DNA of 61,401 bases, the filler included, from Dugesia japonica (taxonomy: Eukaryota), in the NCBI GenBank assembly GCA_001938525.1. It is 5 parts of 5 records of this genome, joined end to end, with 100 filler letters (N's around TTAATTAATTAA, not from the genome) between each part and the next. Parts side by side here need not be neighbours in the genome. Positions count along the whole stretch, not along the records: positions 24,361 to 35,715 come from MQRL01627549.1; positions 35,816 to 44,313 come from MQRL01624868.1; positions 44,414 to 52,867 come from MQRL01341198.1; 2 more parts are not named here. One strand, given 5' to 3'. Positions 35,108 through 48,658 of this stretch are shown one piece after another. A program made the position numbers and the translations under genes. Each line of letters starts with the position of its first letter. Within the stretch, counting starts at the first letter, position 1. The notes below the pieces were generated by a model. The model was not told the origin of the DNA, did not search any database, and was given only the letters and a program-made list of their open reading frames with translations.

Positions 35108-35715
35108 TTACTTGAAATATTTTGACTTATATTTTTTATAAATAATATCAGATAATAAACCTTTAGATTTTAATTTCTTACATAGAGATTTAATTTCAGA
35201 TGATAAATTATTATGTCCAGATTTTACAGCTGAAATCAATAATGTTAACTTTTCAAATAATGCAATTGGATTCTTCGCGCTTGTGGCTTTATGGGTTTTC
35301 CTAGATTTGTCAAGACCTTTTCCTTTTATTTTATTTAAAGAAGCATAATATAAATCAGTAATAGGTGGTTTTACCAAATCGTGATATGCACTGATATTTT
35401 TTTTTAATTCTTGGTTTGTTGATAAATTTAAATTTTCTGTTTTTCCAAAAATTATATCTATTAATATTTTATCAAATGCANNNNNNNNNNNNNNNTCATG
35501 ATAATAACCATAACCATCTCTTTCATAAAAATATATATCATTTTCATTATTAGGAAATTTAAATGATTTGAAACCTTTTTTATTAATATCTGTTACAAAA
35601 ATTGTTGGTGTTGTTAATTCTGTTAATTTTTTATCTAAAAGATAATCTTTACCAATTACATATGGTTTTATATTATCTTTCTTAAATATTTCTAATAATT
35701 CTTTGGTTGTGTTGT
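35108..35715 (-). CDS. Maverick PZ-like (putative core) protein, 5'-truncated by a gap
   Basis: Frame open from the gap; IKGKG followed by NPIALFEKLTLLISAVKSGHN...EI...L...G matches the DPNELxxRLxLLxxxxxAGN C-terminal block. Confidence 0.75.
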
Positions 35716-35815
35716 NNNNNNNNNNNNNNNNNNNNNNNNNNNNNNNNNNNNNNNNNNNNTTAATTAATTAANNNNNNNNNNNNNNNNNNNNNNNNNNNNN
35801 NNNNNNNNNNNNNNN

Positions 35816-36145
35816 AAATTGCTGAAAAAACAATGCACATGATGGTTTTAAAAGCATATATATTGGACCATTTAAAATAATAAAGAAAATTAATTACTTG
35901 ACTTACACTTTGCTTGATTAAAATAGAAAGACATTAATTCAATAAAATTACAATCAAATCAAAAGAATACTAAGTAACAAACTTTCCTACAAGTTATGGA
36001 GCACACAAATATCAGAAAGAAGTTAACAGAAAACCGTCTTACCAGTACAACCTGACCGANNNNNNNNNNNNNNNNNNNNNAAACGTTATCCAGAAAGAAT
36101 GACAAGGAACCTGAATCTCTAATATCGGTAAAACAAAGGGATGAA
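35816..36145 (+). pseudogene. 3' end of an LTR-retrotransposon integrase
   Basis: YIGPFKIIKKIN (GPF/Y motif), followed by a purine-rich tract and TGT. Confidence 0.4.
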
Positions 36146-37129
36146 TGTGATATATTTAAATTATAGTAATATTTAAATATATTGAAATTCAAATTATTAA
36201 ATATTTCAAATTAAATATTCAAAATATTAAAATAAATTTGATTGGTTTTAATATTGCTATTTTATTACAAATATAATTTTAGCTTGTTAATCATATTATT
36301 ATTTAATATCCACATTTAATTCTTTTGCTTTAACTCTGTTAGCTCAACTTGAAGCTTCTTGTCCAAGNNNNNNNNNNNNNNNNNNNNNNNNNNNNNNNNT
36401 GTAGCATCTTTAGGTGCCAAAGCTGAACCGAATCATATATCATAAATTATAATTTAATCATAATTTAATTATAATTGATAATTATTTAAATATTTTGTTC
36501 ATCATTTTTAACTGTATTTATGAATGAAAGAAATCCTTTAATAACGTTGAAAAATGCCTGATAATTACATAGGATCATACGTCTTGTTAGTGTTGTTGGG
36601 CTACTATTCTTTTGGTGTTATTTTCTTTTCTTCTATACTGATCGATTTTTCATCTTTCTGATTGAAATTAACTTATGTGGGATGATATCTAGTAGCCGCA
36701 GGTATTTGTGTGATGCCTTCAATTATAATTAAACAAATAAATTCAAAAGTTACAAGCAATAATAATACGATACTAATAATATTAAAAACTATAAAATGAA
36801 TTCTATTAACGTAATATCTATACGGGAACTGATAGCTAATTTGGAGTGATAAGTAAGACTTAATATCAAAATTGATAATATTAATAATAGTAATAATAAT
36901 AACAATAACATTAATATAATGAAAACCGCAATTTCAAGTATGAGAAAAATGATAACAAGAAGAAACTTCAAGTCTAGGAATTTTAACAACAGGGATACTA
37001 AACTAATATGGTTTGAAATTAGTAGGTTCAAAGTTTAAAATAAATGTTAACTTCAGAGTAATCATACTAATAACAATCCAAATGATAAAATAATGAAGAT
37101 AAAAAATACTAATAATACTAATACTAATA

Positions 37130-40100
37130 ACCCAAACTCCTCTCTTTGGTTATTTTTGAATGTATATTTTATAATAAAATATTCAAAGACTCTCCTACTA
37201 GAAACAATATAGCGTAACTATGCAAATAATACAATCGGTATACCGTAACTATGTAAATATTACACTGTTACTATGTAAATAATACAGTAATTTTTAAAAT
37301 TTTATATTATATTCAATTCATATTCATATATTAGTGTCAATTTTATTACCAATAATTAACAAAACTGATACTATTAATAAAAACAATTTAAAAGGAAACA
37401 AATAAAACTACTTACAGTACAATAATGTTCAATCGAAATTCCGCAATATCAAATCACTCTTGGTTGGGTAACAATAATCCAATTGTCAGATTTAATAAGA
37501 AATATCAAATGCCAACTAATACTTATAATTTATTCCAGCAATCCATACCATTCAATATACATTTTATCATTATTTTCTCATATCCCCCTCTTTGATAAAT
37601 TTTTTAATTTTTTCGATATTTCTTTCTATCTGCTTGCCCATTCCATATTTTAGTAGAAATCGTTTGTTNNNNNNNNNNNNNNNNNNNNNNNNNNNNNNNN
37701 NNNNNNNNNNNNNNNNNNNNNNNNNNNNNNNNNNNNNNNNCAATTTACGAAGACCCACTCTCCAACTTGAAACTGTCTTTTCGTCTGAATATCTGTTACC
37801 TTGATTTTTCTATCAGTTTTCCTGTCGCCATACCATCTCTCTGCTAAAGTGTTTCCCAAACAATAATTCCGCTGTGCTTCTCTGTGTAGTTTTCTAGACA
37901 GTTGGATTCATTGCGAATTCTACTTCTGGAAATAATGCAGCACAGTTTGATTTTTCCCTTTCATTCATCGACGTATTCAGCCATTCCCTTAATGTTCGGA
38001 ATTGTCTCTCTATTTGTTCATTTGAATTATGATGGTACAGGCTTGATGTTACTTTTTGGATTCCCAATTTTCTTTCAAAATCTCGAATAACCTTCGATTC
38101 AAACACTATCTTACAATCCACTCTCAACAATCTGGGGCATCCTAATTTAAGAATCCAATTATCTAAGATTGCCTTTCGAATTTTCTCCTCATCCTGTCGT
38201 GCCAACGCAACTACTACTATGTATTTTGTACACTGTTCCACCATACCCAAAATGTACTTTTTCCTGCCTGACGTTTCTTTCCACGGTTCACAAATATCCA
38301 CAAATAGCACTTCCAACGGTTGACCGGGGGCCTCCTTTATTACATCCTCTTTCATTGCTCCTGTCCATACTTTCATTTTTTGACAGTGTATGCACCTTTG
38401 AACGACATTTGCAATTATGCTCCCCAATCTCTTTCCTCCCATTCGCCGCTTTATATACTCAGTTGTTTTTTCCGCTCCAGTGTGATAAACTGCTCAAATA
38501 ATTAATCCAGATTTGCAACTGTTATGTGATTGATTTCTTGGTATTTAGCATAAAAGTGATGGCCTTATTGTCTGTTCTAAGGATAAATCTCTTTACATAT
38601 AAGTAATATTTGAAATGAATACAAAAGTAGTAAATTGCGAGTAATTTTTTCAGCGTAGTACAACATCCTTTCTACAGACTCATCATGGCACGTGACCCAT
38701 ATAAAATTACTCTTTCTTGTCCATTGTTGCCCCTTTGAGATAGTACTGTACCAATCGTTTCGAAACTCGCATCCGTGTCCAAATAAAAACCTCTACTTAT
38801 ATCTGGAAAATATAATATTCGAGACATTATTAGTGCTTTTTTCATTCCATTAAAAACTAATTCATTCGCTTTTTCAATTTTCAGCCCACTACACAGTTGT
38901 TCCAGCAATCTGGCTTTTTCAAATAATCTTTAATACACTTGCGATAGTAATTGCAAATAAAACGCTTCTCATCTTCTTGATGCATTTTGGTTCTTAATTA
39001 CTTCTATGTTAGTTGGATCTGTTTTGATACCTTCTTTACTGATAAAATGTCCCACAAATTTGATCTACTTTGGCCTGAATTGACATTTCTTCGGATTAAC
39101 ACTTAGACCAGCATTCTTAATTTCTGTCAATACTTTATTGACTATTTCATAGTTTTGCTCTTTTGTTTAGATCATAAGATTATCGTCTAGATAAACCATC
39201 GCTCCTTTTATTTTCCAGATTACTTTATTCTTTATTTTGTGGAACGTACCTGGAGCTGCTACAATTGCAAAAAGCATTCTATTGAAACAAAATTGCCCTT
39301 GTTTTGTCGAAAAAGCCATCTTCTCTTGAGATTTTTTACTTAGTTCCACATGATAGTATGCATTTTCCAAGTCTTTTTAGCTAAATTACTGGACACCTTT
39401 TAAAGAATCTAGCATTTCGTCCACATTTGGCATAGGAAAAGCTTATCTTTCTATTATTGCGTTGAGCTGTCTAAAGTCTAAGCATAATCGTAAATCCTTT
39501 TTTTCCTTTTTCCAAACGCAGATTAATGGCGTATTCCATTGAGAATTAAGCATTTGGATGATACTGTTATTATACAGATTCTTGATGGCCTCTTCAATCT
39601 TCTCTTCTATATTTTATTTATTTACGATACGATTTTATGTTGGTTGGACCTCTTTTAGTGATTACTCGATGCTTCGTTAAGTGTGTGCATCCAATATTCT
39701 ATTTATTCGCCATAAATACATCCTCATTATTCTGAATAATCGCAGTNAATCTATGATCTTTGTTAATTTCTAGAATCTACATTGCATGTATCAATTGTTC
39801 GTCCGTCTTTATCTGACTTCCTAATTTTTCTCGATGATTATTGATGTCTATTTTGCACTTATTTTGAAGATGATACCAAAATGTATTCTGAAATTCCACT
39901 CCACCAATTATATCTAGTATTATTTTCTCTACTATTATAAATGTTAATTCTTTGCACACCTCTAAAACTACAACTTCTACACGGATCTTTTCAGTGGTAT
40001 CCAATGAGCTGCTATTCGAGCAATGCAATGTTCCTCGCTTTTCTCTAACATTGTTTCTCCGAGTCTACAAAATCTTTTCATGCTCATTACATTTATTCTT

Positions 40101-41450
40101 GCTCGTATATTTAACAAACAATCAAACTGTTCACCCTTGATCATCAATGATATGCTAGTCTGCCTATTTATCATACTAAAAATCTTAGTTCTGTTTCTCT
40201 TTAATTGTTCCTATCACTTCTGCTATAACTTCAGCATCATTAAAACTTTCTCTCTTAAAAAATCTGTAAACCTTTTCTCTCACTTTACTTGTCTCATTTC
40301 TCTGCCTCATGAGGATAATCAAACGGTATCTCGTTTAATGAATGACTCCGCCTAACTTCTCTTCTGATGGTATTCTCTTATCGGATCTTCATTTTCTATT
40401 ATGCTCTCAGAAAATATCTCTTTATTCTCATCATCATTCTCTTCTTGAATGTTATGGATTTTTTTGGTCCAATTCTAATCTTTTGTTTGTTGTCTGCTTT
40501 TAAAATTGTATCTTCTCTCTTCTTCTAGGTTTATTAATGTTCAAATAACATTCTTCTGCTCAGTGCATTGGTCTTTTACATCTACCGCATACAATTTCTG
40601 TGCAAATACTTCTGACATGACCAATCTTACCACACCCAAAACATTTTGGTGGTTTCTTGTCTGCACAATGTTTACTTATATTCCCTTTTTTGGGAAAAGT
40701 CCAACATTCCACTTGTGATTTTTTTGGACACTCTTTTTTGTAAGCCCATAACTCTGGCATGTCCAACATTGTGATTCTGTTCTTTTTGTAACTCTCTCAA
40801 TATTTTGTCTCCTCTCTCTGGTACGTTCTCCACGTGTTATCGCCACGTAACTCTTTACTACATTAATAAGTTCTCTTCTTTTTATTTTTCAGCTAATGAT
40901 AGTGTTTTTATATCTTCTTTTTTCTCCAATATTTGCATAATAATCTCTTTTTCTGCTATTTTACTATCTGCACAAATTATTAGCATTTTTGAAGAGTTTT
41001 TCTTTCGCCTGCTTTCCATTTGCTAACAATTTATTGACCAAATCTTCAACTTTTTTACAGAACTCTTTAAGTTATTCGTCACCACGTTGAGAGCTTACAA
41101 GATTCTGTGAATCTTTTATTAAGAATCTCTCTTGCTCTCAAAGGCTAATCCCAATTTTTTCCATTGTTTTCATATGCTTCCGTTAAATCTTCATCAAGCA
41201 TGCACGTTATCAAGTGCTCTTGATCTTTCTTAATAACGATGTTCATCACCTCGAAGTATATTTCACACCGTTTAATAAACTTCTCTAGATCATCTACTCT
41301 GCAAAATATTTTTGACAACAATCTCTTTGTGATGTCATCGGTGTCAACCATTGCTGTTGTATTAGATGAGTTTGAAGTACTCATCGGATCATTAATATCA
41401 AAACTTAATTTCACAGAAAAATAATTCACAAAACAAAAATTTAACAAACA
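37130..41450 (-). mobile_element. decayed Ty3/gypsy LTR retrotransposon (gag-PR-RT-RH-INT)
   Basis: Zinc knuckle CFGCGKIGHVRSIC, degenerate protease, RT (LRLCLDFRQLN, YLDD), RNase H LDTDAS, integrase CIHCQ...IERQFRTL, in gypsy order; many frameshifts. Confidence 0.92.
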
Positions 41451-41721
41451 CTATTTGTTTATTCAAACAAATTAAAATACCATGTTTTAATTGGTGATCA
41501 TTTTTCAAATTATTAAAAATTTATGTTAAGTTATTTAAAAAATTTTAATTTATTATTAAATCGTAATTTAAAATTTAAAACCAAATATTCGTTTTTAAAG
41601 TTTTTCATCTAAAAATTAAATCTTTTTAAATAAATGATTTTAAGAAAAATGATCACCAATCACACAAAAATTTCAACTAGCTTTTCAAAACACACTTACA
41701 GTGACAATATGAAAGATTTCT

Positions 41722-41880
41722 TGTGCAGTGGATTTAGTAATTGTTGAGGGAGAGTGATGTGTGACGCTTTGTTGATAAGGGCATTTAATCCTAACATTAA
41801 TGTTCAGTTGACGGATTCAAAATCGCTCTTAAAACTATTTTACTGATTTTTTCTTGAGACTGCATAATTGAAATTATTAT
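41722..41880 (+). repeat. Penelope-like GIY-YIG 3' fragment, copy of 57772-57922
   Basis: Aligns by eye with 57772-57922; reads DALLIRAFNPNINVQL. Confidence 0.7.
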
Positions 41881-42774
41881 TCCTATATCGTTTATTATTT
41901 ATTTTCAGTAATTTTCTTCATTAACATTATTTTACAATTATTGCTACATAAATTTTATTTATTATTTATTTATTTTTATTCAAAATAATTTGTGATTTTT
42001 ATCAATAATTTTATTTTTTCTTGGCTCAGGGTATTCATTTTTACTATTACCGTTTATTATTTTCTCTTTTCATCATAATAATTACAATAAAAATTGAAAC
42101 AATAATTAATTTATTTTATTACTCCACAACTTTATTTTCCTTTAATTTAATTTTTTTCTTCATTACAAATTGCCATTCATTTTACCAGTTATCCGATTAT
42201 CATTTTCCATATCAGAATTACGGTTCCAGTCTTTCATTATTTCTTTTTTAGTCATTAATAACTTCCTTATTAATAATTCGATTTTTATTATTTTCTTTTA
42301 ATTATCTTCCTGACTAATATTTTTTTCATATTTTTACATTTTTTATTCTTGTTCAATATAATTTTATTATCATATTTTCTTCGCTTTGATTATTTAGTTC
42401 TAACAATATTAAAGTGAAGTTTTTCGTACTTTGGTTTAAATCATCAGTTCCATCATTTTCATACTTTATTCCTCTTTTCCGGCTGTTCCAGTTCAACAGT
42501 GTTTATACTTCCATGATGAACTTAACAGATTCATTTTCCAACGGAAGAAGGATCTATTGTTGAGCTGTTTCGATTCTTGCGGTGAGCCTTTCCGATTGTT
42601 TTTGGAGCTCCCCAGCTTCATAATTTGGTAGTTTTCATGTGATGAATCAGCTGAGCTTGGTGTCTAGAGAATTCGGTCTAGCAAATGAAAATGGTTAGTA
42701 GCTCTTTCTCCTTGCTTTTAACATCTCGATTTTTGCGATTTCCTTCTCGTGAACTTCTTTGTGGGTGGTCATTC

Positions 42775-43380
42775 ATTTCATCACTCCAATTATTNTTGAA
42801 GTTCTTGATGAATGGTGAAGCTGATATCTTTGAGATTCTTACATGATATTCAACGTTGTATTTAGGTTATATAATTGCTTTTTATTTTTGTTTCAATAAA
42901 CATACTTTCGTTGAATTGTAAGATGATACGTCAACAGATCTTGCTTCATTTAATATCTTGTGACTTGTATGATTATAATTGTTTATTACTTTCGGTAATA
43001 CATGTATCCAGGTTTATTACCAGTATGTACAAAGTACTATTTTATTACATCTCTTAATATTCGATTAAATCTTTCAATATATGCTGTTTTGCATTGTGAA
43101 AATACAGAATAATGGTTAATCTTTAGATGATCAATAATATTCTTGACTTTTGAGTTATAAAATTCTTATCCTAATTCAGTCTGCGAGTTATCTGGATCTC
43201 CGTCTTTAAACATTATCTTGAGTGAAGCTTTCATTTCATTAGCAGATTTTGCTTGTATGGTCATAGCTCTTGCAAATCTACTAAATACATCGAGACATGT
43301 TAAAATATACTTGTAACCTTTATTAATTCTTAGATATGGAGATATTTCATCAAATCTATTTGCCATAAATCATCAATCAC
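42775..43380 (-). pseudogene. Maverick rve integrase remnant
   Basis: NKGYKYILTCLDVFSRFA, QTELG*EFYN, AYIERFNR, HVRISK...NWSDE, with stops and frameshifts. Confidence 0.85.
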
Positions 43381-43618
43381 ACATTTTTTATACGGCCTTG
43401 TTAGGAATATTTTCAACATTGGCTTGTTCAGACTGTACACTAACTGGTTCGATAACCACTTTTTCGTCTCGCTTTTTGAATTTTTGGTTGTTTTCCATAA
43501 CTTTTCTACTCCTTTGAATCCTGCTAAATTTTTCGGGTCTGTTCATATTGTTCCCAATACAACTTTTTGAGATAAATTTTGGAAAAATGTGTGACAATGA
43601 CTCTACATGATTCATTGT

Positions 43619-43940
43619 TTATGTTAAATTTGTTAATTCTAATGCTGCTAATGCTATTGATAATAATGCAACAATGAATCCACCCTTTTGTTTATAGATT
43701 ATTTTTCTCATTAATTTCTTCTTATTATTTTTAAAAAATGAAAGCAATGGCTTTTTATGATGTTGTAAAATAAGTTTTTTCTCTTGGTTAAGGATTACAT
43801 TTCTTCGAACAATATTTACAACAATCTCTAATAAATTATCAATGACAAACTTTGGAAATGACTGTAACATTTTCATTGTTGACTCTTGTGGAGCCTTTAT
43901 TAATATTTTTTAAATAAGGAAGACTTTGTTGAAATGCCAT
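43619..43940 (-). pseudogene. small basic Maverick core-like protein ending QKGG-F plus hydrophobic tail
   Basis: LEIVVNIVRRNVIL...KKLMRKIIYKQKGGFIVALLS; 5' part frameshifted. Confidence 0.7.
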
Positions 43941-43972
43941 AATATTTATTAATTAACACATTTTTAGATTGT

Positions 43973-44239
43973 TTATAGTTTTAACCATTTAACGGTTGAT
44001 TTAATTTTTATCTTGTCATTCTTTTCTGGTTTTTTCTTTGATTGTCTCTTGTTCTCATTTTCTTTTTTCCACTTGTTAGCAAGCTTTGATTGCTTTCTTG
44101 ATTGTCGTTTTACCGATTTCTTTATCGAATTGATATCATTAGGAATAATATGATCCTTATAATCAGTTTGATTAGTCATGTGATTGCTAGCCGGTTTAAT
44201 TGTCTGTGGATCTACTAAAACTTTAGAAAATTTAGTCAT
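43973..44239 (-). CDS. basic Maverick hypothetical protein
   Basis: 88-aa Lys-rich ORF ending KWLKL*, between the ATPase end and the QKGGF ORF. Confidence 0.5.
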   Translation of the reverse strand: MTKFSKVLVDPQTIKPASNHMTNQTDYKDHIIPNDINSIKKSVKRQSRKQSKLANKWKKENENKRQSKKKPEKNDKIKIKSTVKWLKL

Positions 44240-47200
44240 TTTGTAAAATAATCAACTTACGTTTTATTTTTTATAAACTCTAACACCATTTGGATTGAAA
44301 ATATCAGTTCGAANNNNNNNNNNNNNNNNNNNNNNNNNNNNNNNNNNNNNNNNNNNNTTAATTAATTAANNNNNNNNNNNNNNNNNNNNNNNNNNNNNNN
44401 NNNNNNNNNNNNNGGGGCTCTTCGATCTAAAATGCCCAATTTTAAAAAGATTAAGAAAGTAATTCAAAATTTCAAGAGCTTCAAATTAAAATTAAATAAT
44501 ATTGAATTAAATAAAGAAAAGCCACGTGTATTTAATCTTGTCCTAAATTGGTATATTAACTATTCAAATATTTTCGTATTACCCCCCAAATTTAACTGAT
44601 AATCTAATCGCGCAAAATGATCTATTGCTCACAGAAAACATTTTCCTTAAACATTTCTAAAATATTGATTGTGTGTTGGCAGTTATTCCTGAGTCTAGTC
44701 TTTGGTGTCTATTTGTATACTCCCTAAAACTTCAAGTCAGTTATTTTTTATTTTAAAAACATAATTAAATCTGATCGTTTATATGTAATTGGTGATAATA
44801 TAACTGATTTTTTAAATAACTTATTCCTTGGTAAAAATTTTAAGTTCTGAAGAAATCATGAATTATATCATTTAACATTATCATAATCTGATCCGATCTT
44901 CTTTACTTCAGCTTTTATTTTTCAGATTAAAAGTTTGGTCTTCAATAGGAAGCTTGACAATTACACATTGTGACTGACTCTTTACAAAAACTAAACTCAA
45001 AGCTTTGNTCTGAGTTATCTTCCTCTATTAATTTTATTAATGGAAAAATTAACAAAAATTAACAAATTGTAAATTGTTTGGTTGGCAAAAATTGAAAGCC
45101 TACAAACTGTTTTTACATTCTCGTCATGTTTATCCTTTTAGAACTCGCGAAGTCAAACCAAGTGCATTATCCATTTGTTTTGGTAACAGTAAATGTAGTT
45201 TTAATTCTACAAGAAAACTTCTAATACAGCTTCAAAAAATGATGAATCTACATGATTATTTTGAAACTGCTTATTTTTATACAGCAACATAAATGGAGGG
45301 GAGCGGGGTTATTGATCTTCTTGATGATTACCATTGTCTNAGTATTGTAAAATATTTTAGATTATTTACTACTTATTGTGACTATACTAAGACAATTATT
45401 CATGAGTCTCTTATAATTGCTGCTTCATCAAGATTAGGAATAAAGGCACCGATTTTATCTCAAAGTTTTGACTGGAGTAATAGTAATGCTAATGTTAAAA
45501 ATCGCAAAGAGATAAAACAAGATTTATGCGTTTGCGAATTGCAATTGAATACTTTAAATAAATTTATGACATAACCATTACAATTGCAGTTGAAATGACT
45601 GGGAAACTATTGCGTATTAATAAACCAAATAGGACGGTTACTGTAAACAGTGACTCCAAAAAACAAGTCGCCTTTCTACTATATAAAATGATATCTAACT
45701 CTTACTCAATAAAGTGACATAAAAGTAATAACAGTATCATTTTAGCTGATGCCATGTGTTTTAGTCTAGACGTCAACAAACAAAACTTTTTCGCAGTGTT
45801 TAGACGAATTTGAATGGAATTTTATACACAGCACGCACAAATACACTTTCAATAAATGCTCGATTAGATATCATTACTTTTGATAAAAGACTATTCCGAG
45901 GATGTCATTCTCACAATGAAATAATGTCGCATGTCCTACAAAGCTGTGATATTAACAAATCATTAGGAACGAAGCGTTAAAATGCATGCATTTAAATAAT
46001 TGCTCAATATATAAAATTCCCAGATTTAATAATTGTAATTGATCGTACTTGTTCTTTGGTTCCTGATTTATTAGAAGGCTTCTTAAAAATAGATGAAGAG
46101 AATAAAACGAAGTATGATACTTTAAAAAACAAGATATGATTAGCAAAACCTGGATACTATGTAGAATTGTACACCTGTGTGATAGTATCTTTAAGAACTA
46201 TTCCATCAGAGACTTACCAAGTCATCCAGAAAATCGGTGTACTAAAGAGTTCAATAAATAAATGTTTAATAAAATGTGTAATCTCCAATATACAGAATTC
46301 TTCACGTATTTGGCAATTCAATATATCATGAACGTAACCAAACTTTTAAATTACTATTGTATATTTTATATACATAATTTGAATTTTATTTAAAAATTTT
46401 CACATTGAAAACTACAATAAAAAATAAAAAGTATTCTTTTTTAAAAAAGAAATAAAATATTTAATTTGTTTAAAAAAAACTCTAAATTCAAATGCATGCG
46501 ATGTGTGAAAAGAAGAATGTTGATTCTCGCCTGATTGATTATAATGATGTAGTTTCTACAGATTTGATCAATCATACTGAGGTTTCGATAAATTATAGAT
46601 TTTATAAAAACCATTTACCGAAAACAGTTACCAAAAGTTATGAAAATTGAATTATTTTAAAGAAAATCAAATCAGAAACATTGACAATTCCAAGCAGAAT
46701 TGAGCTCCCAAAGAATAGAAAACAAGCTTTATTTCATAAATAAAATTTTTAGTAGTAATAATAGAAGTAGAAGAAGAATAAAAAGAAGAATAAGAAGAAG
46801 ATGAAGACCTCGAAGAAAACTTTTTCGGACTTAATGAGATCAAATCTCTAATTCCCACCACTACTAATTATTATCAAATTAAAATNNNNNNNNNNNNNNN
46901 NNNNNNATATATATACCTAATCTAATGTAGATTTGGTGGATTTTATCTTTGTGATCGTACATACTATCAGTCAACAGTATTGCCAAATGTTCCATAAGTT
47001 ACTCTACATATAATTCATCACGTATAACATATTCTTATTACGTATTGACTAATTAATAACTTAACGAATTAATTACTTATTAACGTATTAATATAATTAA
47101 TATATTAATCTAAATTCTAAGATGGCTGGATATTTTTAGACTGGAAGATCAAAAATAAGTTCATTTTCAAATTATGATTACAATTATATTGAATAGTATT

Positions 47201-47288
47201 TGTTACTGAAATGTAATTATTTTAATTTTCTTATTTAATTTTATTTTTAATTTTTCTTACTAATATATCTTTTTAATAATTAATAGTT

Positions 47289-47354
47289 AATATCTAGTTA
47301 ATAATTGATCAATATCTAGTTAATAATTGATCAATATCTAGTTAATAATTGATC
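47289..47354. repeat. 22-bp tandem repeat x3
   Basis: AATATCTAGTTAATAATTGATC three times. Confidence 0.9.
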
Positions 47355-48229
47355 AATGGTTAAGTCCAACAATTATTCTCACAATAATTGTAATTATAAA
47401 ATAATAATAGTTAATATATTTTTTTAATAATTAACAATAGAATATTTATGTGCGAATTGAATTTACTATGGAGGAAGGTGTGCATCAAAACAAGATGTGA
47501 TGTAAGACAAAGTTATATAAACAACAATAAGTCGGACTTCTCACACTTTATATGTAAAATATTACACATTTATGTAAACAATAGATCTTAAAATATTTGG
47601 CGTGAATTTTGATCCCTGAAACGTAAATGCATAAAGGTTCATCTCAAATGGAGTTTGGTTGGGAATTATTATTAAAATTCATTCAATTAGAAATAAATGT
47701 TTTAATTTGATTGATGAAATTCTCTTTTGTATAATAGTTTCATATCAATTCTGAAGTTAAATAAAAGTATTTTAACTTTTAAATAGTCCAATTGGTTGTA
47801 ATGTGTCTCGTGAAAATTTTCTATGATTTTTAATTAAAATAATAAATTCTATAAATTTCTTTTAAAGTTTATTTGAGAAACGTTTTCCTTTATTTACATA
47901 TTTATTTGATATTGTAAAATAAAATACAAAAAAGTCTTATTTCGCTTTCAAACACTCCCTTGAGATTCAACTGGAAAAATTATTATTATCCACGTCAAGA
48001 ATTTTAGGTTAATTTATTTGTTGTTTTATTAATGTGGTATTATTGTGCAGATTTTTTATTTTGTTCTATTGAACCGTTGAATTTTACTTATTTTNNNNNN
48101 NNNNNNNNNNNNNNNNNNNTTAAACATTTTTAAAACGTTAAATTCAAGAGAAGAACAACTTTAAATGTAAAATAAACATAATTTTAAGAACAAATTTAAT
48201 GGAATATAGAATGGTGTAAAATTAAAATA

Positions 48230-48610
48230 GAATGTGTTACAATGAGACTTACTGTTAGCATTTAGTGTCGTTATAGTAATGTGCCATATTTTGCTGGAAA
48301 TACAATTTCTTATCCTTATAAGCCTCTCTAATGCTTGACATAACAGACTGTCCAAACAAGTTTCAAATAAATTAAACCAATCACAGTATCGTCAAAACGG
48401 AATGGACCAATTAATTCTCTGGCTGATAAGCCACACCAAACTGTAACTCCTGGTAGATTTACAAGTTGTTCTACTATTATAGACGAGTTATCAAATCTCA
48501 AAAATGTGTAATTATGGTGGTTAATTGAACCATTTAATTTGAGCGTTGTTTTATCACTCCATACAATCTTTATTGGGAAATTGGCATCTTCTACATATTT
48601 GTATACACTG
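48230..48610 (-). pseudogene. rosa/DD41D-like transposase fragment
   Basis: [19 protein letters not shown]...[23 protein letters not shown]. Confidence 0.75.
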
Positions 48611-48658
48611 AGTGTATATAAATTTAAAGCGTTAATACATTTTTTGGAATACCTTATA

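Larger units (their letters stand above)
24361..35715. mobile_element. Maverick/Polinton (adintovirus-type) endogenous dsDNA virus, partial
   Basis: Intronless, gene-dense contig with two convergent gene blocks: MCP, PLA2, rve integrase, A32 ATPase (+) and PZ-like, penton, adenain, fibre-like, membrane protein (-). Confidence 0.95.
42775..44312 (-). mobile_element. second Maverick fragment (different lineage), decayed
   Basis: Order: ATPase C-terminus (RTDIFNP...VYKK*), basic ORF, small ORF ending QKGGF, short ORF, integrase remnant. Confidence 0.8.

Noticed and set aside
24361-35715. Bacterial prophage or contaminant; or an alternative genetic code explaining the in-frame stops
   Set aside because: Adenain, A32 ATPase, rve integrase and Maverick-type MCP indicate a eukaryotic virus. 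The internal stops are of two kinds (TGA, TAA), both also end normal genes here, and Trp is encoded by TGG.
44414-46200. Short ORFs 45074-45574 and possible LINE debris
   Set aside because: No motif I can recognise with confidence; multiple stops.
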